A DNA stretch of 64,000 bases from contig NMRA01000354.1 of the NCBI GenBank assembly GCA_002633005.1, forward strand, positions 186,001 through 250,000, written 5' to 3'. Positions 12,463 to 27,400 of the stretch are shown here, one piece after another. How positions within the stretch are numbered: position 1 is the stretch's first letter; each line of letters opens with the position of its first letter. The notes beneath the pieces are model-generated. The model had not been told where the DNA came from, did not search any database, and saw nothing but the letters and a program-made list of their open reading frames with translations. The translations under genes and the position numbers were made by a program. This DNA comes from Phoronis australis (lineage: Eukaryota; Animalia; Phoronida).

Positions 12463-14891
12463 TAGTAACAGAAAAAGCACTTTTACAAAAAAGCAAGCCT
12501 CCCACAAAGTTGATCACAAAAGGAACTACTCTGGAACCTGATTAAAGTTGCAAAATACACCTACTCAAAAACCGATTAAATGATCACATTTAGAACATTG
12601 CCAGGTAAGAAACTGTAGAATCTAGTACATCCTAGATGAGTTCATCAAATGTAAAATCGAAAAGAAGGGAAACAGTTGTGACTAGAGCTACTGTCAGGTA
12701 CTTCACAACGATGCAGACAAGTTGGCTCACACGGACAAACAAATGCATGAGATGACGCATGAAACTGTTGTTCATGTAAAATTCAGTTCAGTGAAAAACT
12801 AAAATCCCATATAACAACATGTTTAACGTAAATTACACATTTAGAAATTGTCTATATCCAGAAGACTATTCACTACTTGAATGCTTTAGTGGTGCTGCAA
12901 AAAATGATAGCTGTGCATTGTTGTTTAGAACACAATACCTGGTTTTACCATCAATCTTAACAGCGTAAACGTGACAGTGTGGCATTACAAACACGCAGTT
13001 TGTACACAACACCTCGTCTTCAAGCATAATGGTGATTTCGTGCAAGCAGAAAAAAGAAGAGCTTTTTAAAATATGCCAACTAATACACAAAGGTATTCAC
13101 ACCTTGTAAACATTTGTCAATAACATTACAATTGAACACCTAACAAATATGCCATCGTTTCCAATGGCAATGCAAATTGCTACAGTGGGTTTTTTTTTGG
13201 TGATAGCAGACAATCTTAATTTGTACTTTCTCAGCCTGCAATCCTGAGGCACTTTCCATCACTCAAGACACCAGACACTTGCGGCAGAAACTGAATTTTC
13301 TCCGTAATTCGGTGTTCCACATTTGCTGACCAATCGCCTCAGCAACAGCCATTTTGCTAGTTTCAGTAAGTAGTTTCGAGCTTGCTCACAAAACGTGATT
13401 TTGAGTGGTCTCATGAGATCTTGGTCTCACTATGAGGCTGCACCAGAGTCCAACTCAAAAAGCTCACAAGGTCAACCTGCTGTTATTTAATGACTTCCAT
13501 GAGGGGACTCCCGGCTTCTGATTTGACCTAATTTCTCTTAACACTGAATCTCATTAACCTGGCTTATGACACGAGATTGAATTAACTGCAGCCATTGAAA
13601 GTGGAACACTAACTCTCTAGACTAGTTTCAAGTTGACTAATTTTGACTTAATAACCGTAAAAAAGAACCTCTGAAATTCACAAACTCAATAACACCTACA
13701 ACTCCTGATATGTACAACACTCTTCATGAAAATTCGTACAAAATGAACCAGTTGTGAATAAAATCAAATTTCCATTCTTTCTAATATACATATATGCATA
13801 TCAAAATCAGGAATGTTTGTCTTGAGGTGACATTCAACTGCATTACAATGGGTTTCATCTACAATAATCCTTTTCTCATCACAAGTTCTGACCCAGCTGT
13901 GCAGTATACAAGCTGTTTTGGTTACAGCAAACTTCGATCAAAACGAATGTTTTTGCGAGTCCTGGCAAAGTTCATTGCAGTGCGGATCCATTGTATACAA
14001 TCAATTGTTTGGTACGTTGATGAGAGACCACTGACTCGAAAACAGTTAATTCTTGACAAAAACCACTGATTCATCACAAGATGGTAACAATGAATTACCC
14101 GAACTCCAACAACACAATTGTAATTTTTCACAAAGCTTCGCCTATAAACTGAATCAAGCATTTACACAACGGAATGTTTTATGTCTAATGTTTCAAGAGT
14201 CAGACGCCAACAAATGAGATGTTCTGGTATTATGGCACAAGCAGTGAGACTATGCCCCCTTCTGAGATATTTATATAAGTACCTACCAACACCATTAACT
14301 ATGATTTGACAACATCATCATATTTTAATACCTCGCTTTAAGTGACCAGTGACCAGTCCTTCGCAAAATCATGAATTTTCGTAAAAAAAAAAATGGAATC
14401 AGAATGTAACTGATTTTCATTTCGAGTTTACTAGTGCTACAGACCAGAGCCACAATACAAGTCAACAACTAGACATAGTTACTTAGAGGACGGTGCCGTT
14501 GCTTCTCAAAGAAAATGGCGTTCGTAATCACTTAAAATATTGCAATATATAGTAGACTACACATATGACTGAGTAGGCTGAAAATGGGAAGAAACTATCA
14601 TCCGACAAACATTCCAGATTACTTACAAATGGAGGAAAAATGCTATGAATTCAACACACTGGAAAATATTCAAAAACATAAACAGATGGACCATTTATGT
14701 CAACAAAGTATTCCACACCACAAAACACAACACAAGAAAACCATATCACATGCTGCCAATTAACTCATTGTTCTGCAAGACCCTAATTTGCATTCCATTT
14801 CGACATTATCCTCCAAGCTTATTGATAAGCAATCAGCAGTTTCTTGAACTTCACCATGTTGTCAAGTTCCCAAAAATGCAAGGGACCCATT

Positions 14892-15328
14892 GCCCGGTTG
14901 CATGAAACAGTCCCAAATAGGGACTCAACTAAGTTCCCTAAATCGTTTGCGTATTTGATTCATTATGTACTCACAGGCGTAGTATTTGTTCTATCATTTT
15001 TATCTTTATTATGAGCTCTTCTTTGCCCAACTGCATTTTCTAATAATATAACTGAAAACTGAGCTCATAATTCAGTTTAAATAATTACAGGGACTTAGTC
15101 CTTAACTGAGGAGCGTTGCATGAAAAATCCCTACTTATTTTCAATAATATTGAGAATTCATCGTAGAGTTTACTTTCGATTTTGTAACAAAGTCAAAAAT
15201 TGACTCAGTAATGAGACTCAAACAGCATAAGAAAGGACAGTCGGTGTTTTCACAAGCCCACAAATACGCTGAAGATTTAAGAACTTATAGTCGAGTCCCT
15301 ATTTTGGGTCTGTTTCATGCAACCGGCC
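14892..15328. mobile_element. Long-TIR MITE (Harbinger-like termini) in the predicted CERS1 3' UTR
   Basis: ccggttgcatgaaacagtcccaaatagggactcaacta pairs with tagtcgagtccctattttgggtctgtttcatgcaaccgg. Confidence 0.75.
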
Positions 15329-15390
15329 ACATATATCCATGCTCCTGAATAGTGTCTCATGAGGTGACGCAGAAACATGCCTGAGGGTAC

Positions 15391-15445
15391 TTAGTCTCTC
15401 TTCTTGTCTTTGTTTCTCGTTGATCGTCTTGGGGTAAAGTTAGCT
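15391..15445 (-). CDS. CERS1: CERS1 terminal coding exon (ANFTPRRSTRNKDKKRD*)
   Basis: ttgcag acceptor, phase fits exon 6, ends in a KKxx ER-retrieval motif and TAA. Confidence 0.85.
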
Positions 15446-18400
15446 CTGCAATGAAAGGACAGACTGAATGAGAAAAAACATTGGTAAACGTACCTTTAAA
15501 TCCAAGCAACATGGAAGTTTGATGCAACTAATCAGAAGTAACTTTAAAGCTGCATTTCGCCCCATTTAGGTGGCTAAAAAATGAGAATCGAATTGGCATT
15601 TTACCCTAAAAAACTGTCACATAATATACGATACAGTGATAAGATTCTACTTTCATAATCAAGAAGAGCATTGATATTATCAGCGACTCAACAAAATGCC
15701 TCAAATTTAATTGGGGTTAGTCAACCATAAAATTGCGAATATAACAAGAGTGAATGTAAGCATTGTGTGCGACATGAATTGCCAACTAACCTGGCAACAA
15801 TTCAAGATCGTAGGAAAAAGGTAATGTTTTTAACTCCCAAAGCGCTTGGCTTAAAAATTCAACACTGACAACTAACCAGGGACAGAATGCAGCTTTAAGT
15901 GTAGGATGACCACCATTTTAAGCATTCCAAAAATTCTGCACAAAGCTAACATTGCAGCGCTTAGAATATTTCAGAAAGGAGTAAAATCAACAGCCACAGC
16001 TCCTGTTCAGTTTTTAAAATCGTTGAATATCCCACAAATCACGATATATAACCAGGTAACGAGAACTCAAAATCCTCCAACTCCGTGGCATCCAGGGGTG
16101 TTTTGTCGTCTCCGATATCACCTGTGGTAGTTTTGGATTCTTTCTGGCTATGCACCAGAGCGGGTTCAATACAGCAACGTGCTGATGTTTTGCTCACAGC
16201 TGTACTTACGCAAAATGCAGGGGCGGATCCAGGATATTTTAAAGGGGGGGAGGGGCGGATCAAGGACTTTTTTAAAAAGGGGGGTCCAAATCAACAATTT
16301 GAAAATTCTAGATATAAGATCACTAAGATCAAGGGAAAAACGGTGTCCGCACCCCCGTGACCCCCCTAGATCCGCTTATGGAATGACTGCCAACAAGTGA
16401 TCGGATACGGACACTCTAATGATGAAATACAAGAGCAAACGATACCTAAGCACCCACAATGTTCATGATTTCTGTTGCACAACTGAGGATTTTTTCACCG
16501 TGGGTCATGTGAACAGCATTACTGAACGCCAGTCTGGAATGTCATAACGCATTAAACTGAACAAAAAGCAAATCGTGACTTCTCACTTGACTGCGCAAAA
16601 AGTGTCCAAGTCGTTTCTATTATCAATTGTCTTACCCAAGTAGATCATGACATAGTACAATCCAGAATTCCCAAATACCCTTTTACCAAAATATTGTGAT
16701 GATCAGGATGTCAACAACTTGCAGGCACGTATATCTCATTCACCAATTTTCCCAGTTGCAGCAATTTTTCCACACAAAAATGGTCAAGCATTCACAGAAG
16801 GTAATTCCATTTCAAAACTCTAGCAGTACCTATCCCTATCCTCCTTATTTGCAACTGTTCCCCCAGGCCACCAAAGTACGTACCCGTTGCTGTCTGGGAG
16901 AACGCCATCCATATTTGTCTTGCCTGACTTGATCTTATCGTCCACGTCTAACTCGCGTACGTCTTCAATGTCCTTCATACGACCCGTCAATACATTGAAC
17001 AGAAACACAACGATGTACTGAAAATTCAAAAAAGCCACTTTCATTACTTAAAATATAATGGAGACAGAAGTCCTGGTTGTGGGTCTAATCTTTGTATTCC
17101 GAACAGTCTCGATTTGGTGACCTGCTGCTCACCAGTGAGACTTCAGATTGTGTTTGGAGACATGGGAAAATCTCGAGTCACCACGGAAGTTGACACAGCA
17201 AGTAGCACAGTTTGACAATCATTCACTTGAAATTTGCTTCAAAATTCATGGCAAACTTTAATTAATTCAATTTTTGCCACCACAGTTAGCACACATCAAA
17301 CGCGCTCAAATTACAACAGGAAGTAAACTGACAGAGGACGGAATTATTCATCAAAAATCAGCCAAGATCAGACCATGAAACACATGCTCCCAGTTATTCC
17401 AATAGTCTGGGTTCTCTGTAGGTAAGAGGAGTTCAGTTAGATTGAGTTTGGGTGAACAAACCAAACTACTCGAGTTTGTGTTAAAGCAAAAATGTTCGAT
17501 TCCGTGTACAAAGATTAGATCCTGAGCACTGCTGTCTGTACTAGGGACTTCCAAAAGTGCCCTGTGGGCTTAATCTTTTCCTGATTCTCAATGGAAGTGA
17601 TTTCTGGGCTCAAAAGGAACAGTCACGCTCACTGCATAAATACCACACAACGTCAAACCAACTTAATGAGACCACTCTCAGTTAATAACAATTGGCCAGT
17701 TCTTTTCCAGTGAAGAAATCACTTCTAATCAGACTTTAGTGAATATAAAATGGTTTAAAATGCATGGTCTCGTTGTGAATATGCAAAAGAAGTACTACTT
17801 TACAAACAACCCCGAGCCCTCCAGTGTGCCGGAAACCATCCGAGAACCAATTACCATTACTGTCGTGTAAATGAATAATATTTCATCCTTACTCAAATGA
17901 AAGAAGTCATACTTTTTGTTACTTGTTTATTTCACTATCAAATAACGCTTGCGTAATGTTTGGAATTACTAGAGTTGTATTTAAGTGCACCACTCGTGAT
18001 GTTTTCTTTAAAACCCAACTTATTTACAAAGTGTTCTTTCCTGATTACACTTATACACAGTTCTCCAGGAAGTCACTAGGTGGTGCTTGCTACAAATTTA
18101 AATGAGCACGGTTTTAATGAGACATAGCATCTCTAAGATGGATTTTGAAGATTGTGGTAAGCGAAAATCCAAACCATAAGTTAATGTTTTGAAAAAAGGT
18201 AGATTAACTGGGAAATTATCGAAACTGAAATGTGTGCGAGTACTTACGGTGAACCAGTAGATGTTAAGAATTTGCAGAATGATAAGCATGCCATTGAAGG
18301 CCATGAAGGTAGGAGTGTTGTTCCCCATTGGTGCAAACACCATGGGGCCATAGGCACACGAGTACAGAACCTTGAGAGGGTACCAATAGAGCCGGAACAC

Positions 18401-21400
18401 GTACCTGCTCGAGAGAAAAAGAGTTGATAAGGCTTAGACAATCATAGCTATAGATACAGTGCAGTGGTGGTTCTATTGAAGTTTAAAAACAGCTAAAGGA
18501 ATGATTTTTCTCGCCAAAAACGTTCCCACGCTACGGTATCGTCTTAACTGAAATGAGTAGATCTTGCTTGCCTACAATGGCAGATTCACCAAATGTACTA
18601 TTCAACATTAGGTTCAACACAATATCACTCAAACAGTAAATGTATTATGAATTACATGTATTTAATTTCCAGGAAATACAGAAAATGCACGAATTTATAC
18701 AAATTTGTGATCAATACATAATTCCCGACAATTTTGTATATAAATTTGGAATTTTTGCCCAACAGTGAGAGAACACAGTTTCAAGAAAAAAACACCAGTC
18801 AGAAAACGAAAGTCACTAAATGGGTGATTCCACTGGTACAGGTTCATGATTTTAGAAACAATGGAGTGAGCTTAACTGTTTAGGGTGTCTTTCAGTGATT
18901 CAATTACCACTGGTATAATCAGTACTTACGTCTAAAATGCTTAGAAAATTTCTGTACCCGAGGCCCATCTCCATTTCATTCCCCAACTGAAGCAGGTTGA
19001 CATTTCAAAATGATCCACATGATGAATGACAAAATGATTTCCACCCCTAGACATATCTGCCAGCACGTCAGAAAGTTATCCGCTTTTCATGTTTTTTTTT
19101 AAACTGAGATCTCTCACAATAGGACAAAAATCGTTAGACGCATATCAAAATGCCATGATTCCTACTGAACTCGTCCACTTTCTAGGTTTTCAGGAAATAA
19201 AAAGCAAAGAAGCAAACACTAATTGTTTTATGTAGTTTAGAACTAACTGAGAATAGCGAATGTATCCAGCCTCTGTTTAGAACTTTTTCAAGCTATCCAA
19301 TTGTATAAAAATTAGCATGACCAATGCATTTAATGTAGGATTGTCATTAGTTGTTTTGAAAGGCAAATTGTTATTAACAATGTTGCCCAGGTACAATCAT
19401 CAATTCAGTTACTAGACAATAATGTTATATATGACTATGACTTGAGCTGGTAACACAAATACAATCCTATCATGGCAAGGAATATTAAGAGACCAATTTT
19501 ATGAGAGTAAAAGGCCTTAATTTGACTTCCATTTTAGCCAGCTAAATAGGGCAACGTGCAGCTCAAGATGTTTTTGAAAAACACTTTCCACCAAACTCAC
19601 CAAGCCAGTGCGAAGCAAGCGAAGCCTACTGTCGACAGGTGGTCATGGAATGGGTAGTACTTGCCGTTTCTGTTCTTTAAATAGACGTTACACTTTGTAA
19701 ACTCCAGCAAGATGTCTGTGATGTCATGGACGAATAAAACAAGGACACCAACCTTATGATACCTAGAACAAATACATGTGAGCATTTCATTCAGCGCTTA
19801 GGGGACTGTATAAAACAGAAGCCTCAGTCTAGTCACCACAAGGGCCCCTCAAAAGTTCTATCGAATGGGGAAGGAAGGAGAGTAGATCGAAGTTTGTGTC
19901 AATCAGTGCACAAACTCCTGGTCTCATTAGCTCACTTTGAAGCTGGATTTAAGGTACTATAGCGAGGTACTACAGTGAGGTACTACAGCGAGGTACTACA
20001 GCGAGGTACTACAGTGAGGTACTACAGTGAGGTACTACAGCGAGGTACTACAGCACATCTAACGTAACAAAACTACTTAGGGCACTTACTCCAAGGCCCT
20101 CGTTCATCCGAGGGAAAAGGTACCTGTGCCTTCTGACGGGAATTTTTGGGGTGAGGGGAAATACTACCTCCCGATCATCATCAATAGCACCCAAACCTGT
20201 CGCAAACCCTCATAGGCTCTACCGCAAGAAGCTAAAACTAACATCTTGTACTCTTTCAAATTGTCACCCATGTGAGTGAGTTACAAGTGTTTCGAATCTC
20301 AAAAGGAATTTTGCAATCACTTAAGGGGAATTTTTGGGCCTCGTGAGGGGAATTTTGCGTGGTTTTTCAATATTTTTCAAAGGAGAATGGGGTCGATATT
20401 CAGCCCCAAAATCAAGGGATTGAGGTCCCCTTACCCTTAAAAATGGTGTCATCTTGTTCCTTACTCAGGTTGAAAGTGATTTCAAGGTTTGCAAAGACCG
20501 GATAATTCATTACTGTGTGAGACCAAGCTCAAGAAGTCGGCATGACCAGGTAGGTCATTTTATGTACAGAGTAGGATTTCAAGCATTAGCATACACAGTC
20601 AGTTCTTCCCAAGTTCAAAAATCACATCTAACTCAATACCGAACAAGTTGAGATTAGTTTTACAACCACAAAACAGAATAGAGCTCCAAATCAAAAGTTA
20701 CACTTGTTGACCCGAAGGGCACAGGGCCTCAAATCTATTGGCCAATTTGGAAGACCTGTAGATAACATAAGTATTTTTTGCTGTTTTTCGAATCCGATTC
20801 ATTCAGGCGGGCAAAGCACTTTAATATGATTTTGTTTGCTACTAAGATTCAGTACGTTACGCAATCATTAGCGATTCAAATTAACTAAACATACATCCAC
20901 AGTTAAAATCTGCACTTTTAAAGTAAGCTGGACCCCATAACGCTAACAATGTGTTCTGATCACTGAAATCAGTTTGATCAGCTCAGCTGCTCTGAATTGT
21001 CATTGAGTTAGAATTTGAATACGTATTGTTCAAGACAAAACGTGCACGATAGCGACGATGCACCTGTTGGCTCGAGTTAAGCAATCACAGTGCATCGATG
21101 GAATTTTATACGAATCAATGAATGCAGGGCACACTCCTAAAATCATCCCTGCCATAAGCAGACGACAAATGAAGAGCCTGCCATAAGCAGACGACAAATG
21201 AAGAGCGTGCAGACGACAAAGGAATAGCATGCAGACGACAGATGAAGAGCTGACATAAGTAGACGACAAATGAAGAGCGTGCCAAGTCTTACCTCATGAT
21301 GTAAGAAAACCCAATGAGTGACATGGTGAGAAAATGATGGAAGATCATGATTGGAGAGTCCTTGCGCCACTCGTCCATGAACAATGTGCCGTAGACAGAG

Positions 21401-24400
21401 TGGAGGTAGAAACTGAGCTGCGCCATGTAGAGTATGTATATCGCGCGGCACATACTCATACCAGGATGCCAGTCTGGAAAGAAGAAGAGACATGGGAATA
21501 TTTACACTGAACCTAATACCACTACACACACTATTACAGTTATTCAGTCGAATTATAAGTGGTTCAACCGGCAGTGCCTTAATAAAAGTTAACGTCACCG
21601 GGAACACAAATGTACCCTTCTACGGAACATGATGGAGTGGCTGTCCAGGTTCTTCCCACCTTTTCCGTGTAGCTGTACCGGTGCCACCTGTTGGTGAGTA
21701 ATCGCAATGCTCTCCAGCAGGTTTTGGAAATGAACCTAGTTCCACCAGACTGGTTCAAGGAGGGATTCCCAACAGAAAGCCTCCTTAGCACTAAGCTTGA
21801 ACCCTTTATTCTCCGTCATTAAGGTATGTGCACTTGAATCATTCATAATTTGGCAATATACATAGGATTCCATGAATAATTATTTATATCAGCTTATGAT
21901 AGGTATTGCTGAAAAATACCCATTCCTCAAAGAACAACGAGTAACAACTATTCGCCAACAGTCTACGATTGACATCAGCTTCAGTTCTTGAGAGCACTAT
22001 ACATACCTTCCCAAATGCCTAACGGATGAGTAAATATGTCGCTATGATGTCCGCTGCCAAACAGAATGAATGTGCTAAGGCCCCACAGAATACAGTAGAC
22101 GATCACTTTCCATAGACTCTCGGGAAGTTTCTTTGTATCGTTTGGTTTCATCTTCATAGACTTGGCAAAGGGCTACAAAAAGCACACAAGTGTGGATAAG
22201 ACAGATATGCATGTAAAGATCAAGGTTTGGGTCCATTTACCTTCATTTTTGCCATGAAACACCTTTCAAATGGACAGATTATAACACGACAGCAAATGCT
22301 TTTTGAGTTCGAGTGATTTGACGTTTCGTGAATTTCATGTTTAATGGGACTATGGCTTGAGAGCTAGTCCATAATTCTAAACATCGATGAAATGAATGTG
22401 TCTGGTGTTTCTATTGACCATGCTAGTTCTGGTTAATGCCAAGGAAATTTAAATTTCAAAACTCAAAAACCAAGGGTTGAGCATTAAAGTTGCATAAAAC
22501 CGTATCGACAAGTCCGAGTACATATAGCCTAAAATGTAATCGAGGAAAAGTGTACATTTTCTGGAAGTAGAAATCCCGGGAATTTTAACTTTTAATTTAA
22601 AACCCACCTGCCATTAACTTGTCTTTTTAATAAAATTTATCAAGGTACGTTCAAACAAGACAACAGTATCAATAACATTTGGTGTGATATCAATATTTTA
22701 GATAGTCCTCATGCAAAAGTGGAATGTTTTAGTTCAACAATTCCCAACAGTATTTTGGAGAACAGTGTATCGAGCACACACTAGGCCAACATGAAAGTTT
22801 TATAAGAACATGGTCAGCCATACCTGAGAAACGACTGATAGTCACATGGTAGCCAAATGTTGACATTATTCAGTGGTTCTTCATTAAGCCGAGGCTAGGC
22901 GTTACAAACAAAAATTTTGAAAAATTGGGGGTGGGCATTAACTTAATTTGCAACAAAGTGAAATATCTAGGACCAACTTAACACAAACATTAGCGTAACT
23001 TAAGCTGATGGGCAGTGCTAGTTGGATTAGGGTCGAATACTATAATTTGTACACTCACTTGTGCGCGTAACACAAGTCAGAGCTAAATGTCCACATGTTC
23101 TTGATGTAGTGATAGCCAAATTTACACTAATAATTGTTCATCTACAGTGTTATAAGAATTGTACACAAGTCGGATTGATGTCTCTAAATGGCACACTGTG
23201 AAAACGGTGTTCAGCATGAATCGAGAAAAAAAGAAAACATGTTTTAATTTGTGCTCATTGGAAAAAAATATACACGAACAAAAGATAATGTGACCAGAAC
23301 TTGGCAAAAATTGTTTATGCCAATGTCATTCACTGGAGTCATGTAAATACCATGCAAAATTCACCTTAGTCAGAATGACTGACATAGTTGGCAAATAAAT
23401 TGTGATCAAGTAAAACACACTACTGATCTACAAAAAGCCTTCAGCCAGGTCCGTGTATTTTGCCAGTTATCTACAAAACTATTTATTTTTAAAGCAATAA
23501 GAGCAGAAGAAATCCTGCAGAATTTAGTGTTTTACTTTTTACCAATCTGCCATTAATTGGGTCTAGTGGCCGTGTTCATAGAAAACTAGCAAAAGAGAAA
23601 GTACAATGATAGCATAGCGGTTGTATCAGTGACATGACCAAATTTTATTTGATATACAGGTTCGAGATGAGACCTCAAAAATGCTGCTAGTTTTCTAATA
23701 TATTTTGTTTTCGTTTCATGCAACTTTTGATATTTTGCGTGAAAATCACGAGTCTTATTTTTGATAGACCTTCATGTAAAAGTGAAGCATTTTAAAACAA
23801 ATCCTGAGAACATTTTGGAGAAAATGCATAAAGCATAACGTCTACAAGTTTCATGTCAATCCAATCAGTTATTTCTGAGACATGTTGTTCCAAAGTTAGC
23901 CTAATTTGGACATTTTTCTAGGGTCATACACAGCCTTTAATGCAGTGGAGTCTCTCATAACACCCAGGTCTAAATGTGAAATGTGTGAATGATCTCCTAT
24001 AGTTGTCACACAAGACTAAAGACATAGAGTGCCCAAGGCAAGTCTCTTCAATAGCAGCAATGGAACCCATAACAGGTTCATGTTTTCATTTTGACTTAGC
24101 TGCTGCAAGCTGAAGTGTGTATTGACACTAAATTAGTTCACCAGTCATACAGTTCAGCAAGCCATTCTGCATGGCTTCACCCAGGAAATGATTATCCCAG
24201 CAAAGCTCACACACATACACAAACACACAAACCAGTGGCACTGGGGGATCAATATGTGACCTCCATCTGTAGGTAAGGTTAAAGACAGCATCTTGAAGAG
24301 CAAATATTTATTTCTGCTAAGACATGTAACAAACTGATTAGGCACAAGGTGACCAGCGTTGGGGTCCTGATCACATCAAACTCAGTCCATGGAAACGGAC

Positions 24401-27400
24401 CGAGGACAGGTGGAAAAATGTGTCTTGAATGTGTCAGTCCAGAGGGTCCGTATTCCGATTGTATGTTATGCCCATTCCCACTTGGTTTTGTACGTTTTCA
24501 AGATCGTACCAAGATCATCTTGGTGCGACATGGCCCTTAAGAATCGTTTACACGGCCTTCAATCTTTTAAATTGGGTCGAGTTGGAATAGTTCAGCAACA
24601 AATCGCTTCATACATGAACCCTCTGATTCACCAGTATTTACCCACAATGCTATGCTTCTGTAGGATGTACACCAGCACAATTTTACATCAACACCAGTTT
24701 GTCATTTGTCACTCTAGTCCCAGTAAAATGTTAGAACAATAGGACTTGAACATCCTTGTACAAGTAGTTTACCTTAACCTAGGATTCAGAATGTTGTATC
24801 CTAGCCTTAATCCACCCACAGAAGGAAGTACAAGTTTACTTTTATTTTACAAATTACTTCAGTTTCTAGTTTCATAAATTTACAGTTTCATAAAACAATA
24901 AGTGACGCACTTTTGAACCTTCGAGACCCATCAAGAAATTTGATAAGGTTGCATGAAATCAGAAAGTTGATACGAAGTGTGCAACGTGTTTGGTCGTCTC
25001 AAGTAAAAATAGGGTGACTTGTTAGTCAGAGCAGGAAGAATTAGAAAATTCAATATGGAAATTATGAAAATTAAGTCTTTAAAACCATGTAGAAGTATCC
25101 TCACTACCAATTATCAGCTTAACATGTAGTCACTAATGGTGACCAAAGGATGCAAAATTACATTATTGATTTGATGGAAAATAATTATTGCCTTTGCTCC
25201 GGGGTAATTTCGGTGCCGATCTAGTTACCATAATTTGTATTAGGGATAAAAAACACCAGCCAGTGTGAATTCATGTTTGCTATGAACAAACATATTCATC
25301 AACGCGTATTGCGCGTACTGCCATGGAGATCAAATATTTACCTGCAGAGACGCCATTGTAAGAATGAGTGTGCGGACAATTGGCACGGGAATTAATGATT
25401 TATGATTAAAGCACATCTATTGGTTAATGTGCATGACCACATCCGATTACATTAGTAAATACTCAAGAGGCACTGTGAATATTTTTTTCACACAAGGAAA
25501 TGAGAAGACAGTAATAAGCAGAAATTAAATAGCATTTTCATCCTTGTCACCATCTGGCTGGATATTTCACAATAAAGCAACAAACTCCTTGATCAATACA
25601 TCATCCATGTTTTGATGATAACATGTAAATCTTAGCTGGTATGTATGGCCAAATGCAGTTTGACAGGAAGTAGCAGTTCAGTACAAACAGTATCAACGAG
25701 TGTTACAAACTGTCAGCTTTCCTTAACAGAATATACTACACATAATGAATCTACTTTCCCAACAGAGAAAGCTATATTCTGAATGCTGATTTGCATTGTG
25801 TTCTGACAGAAAACTGCCTGGGTGCAACTTACTAGTATTCCCCAGCAGGTTCCCTACATAAACACTAGTGAGACAACTGCACTTTAAGGCAGGAAAACTG
25901 ACTCAATTGTTTTAAAGTTTTGTTACAATTCCTAATACCATATTCGCCGTAACAACCGCCCATGCCCCTATAAGCGCCCCCTGAACCGAACTTTTCTAAG
26001 CGCCCTGGGCGGTTATTACGGCGAATACGGTAGCGTTTTTGAGAACAGCGCATAATGTATGGTATCTGAAAATTTTGTATAAATCCGATCAGCTATTTCT
26101 GAGATATGACGTTCCAAAGATTGCCAATAATGGGCATTTCTCGAGGGTCCTACATAACTTAACTCTAACCCAGATAAACCCCACTACTTCATTTCAAAAT
26201 GGTTCAAGCCTCGAACAAAGTAAGTTTGCTTCCACACGACAAATTTAAAACCATTTCAACATAAAACGTGTGAACACTGCTTTCGTGATATATGCAACCT
26301 TGAATCTTATTGCGCAAGGTCACATATCTAATGTTTGCTTTGTAAGACCACAAGGTAAAGTTAGAAGGTGGCACTACATGGCAAAATTGTTGACCGACAT
26401 GAGAGGTGTCGCAATAGGCAATAGGTGTTGTAGTCTCTAAGAGTCCCGTTTAGATATCAACTTTTGGCCCGGCGCAACTGACACGGAGCAAATTGACAAG
26501 TGCCAAGCGGCCATTTATACACACAACTCACTAACCATGGCAAGACGGAAATTAAAGGCTGGAGAGACTGGATCGCACAGGTTTACAAATGACGAGAGTT
26601 GCAGAGACAAAGAACCCGTACGTAGGTCATTGCACAAGCGCAGTAGAGATGATAATTTCCGCCTTACTGCAGTTTCACTTTTAGACTTATAATTGACACG
26701 ACGCAAGATGTTCGAGCGCAAATTACTCTACCTTACAAACGGATGGCAAGAATTTGTCACCGCCTTGTCAATTTGCGCTGTGTCAGTCCATTTACACACT
26801 GGAACAACTTGTTCCGTGTCAGCTGATCCGTGTCAACTTTGTAAGTGTAAAGGGCACTTAGTTCATGAAGAGACCATGAGTTTGGTTATACCCCAGTGGC
26901 CACTGATGTCAAAGTGGAAATTATAAAGACAGTTTAGAGCTCGAACTTTAGCATACCTTCAACTCCACAAAATTCCCATTCATCAAAAATGAGAAATGAG
27001 GTCGCCAAAACACGTAATCTGTGTATACGTGGGGGGTACAAAAGTCCTGGCCGTCAAAAACGCCGCACAGTTGGCAGCAACGTAAAATGAAAGTTAAGGA
27101 TACCTGAATCAAAGAACTGACAAACTTGGCAAACGTTTTGTTAGGCAAGACAGTCGAGATCTTGGCTTTCTAGTCAAACGGAAAATCAAAAGTTTTCACC
27201 TGGACCTCCGTAACACTCAATTACCTGCCATCCACCCAACATTCTAGTCAGACTTGCCTCACCCAGCAATTTCGAAACTGTCTATTTACATCTTTACTTC
27301 CTGTAGTAGTTTGAGCACGTGCTCAGATGTTTGCATGGTGACTTTGAGGCTACATGGGATTTTTAATAGGTCACCAAACAAAATTTGAGGTCTCATTGGT

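Noticed and set aside
12400-15390. GDF1-like second cistron downstream of CERS1
   Set aside because: No long minus-strand ORF and no TGF-beta cysteine pattern.
21143-21607. 154-aa minus-strand ORF
   Set aside because: It is an off-frame reading of CERS1 exon 3 plus the minisatellite; only the VPRDI segment is notable.
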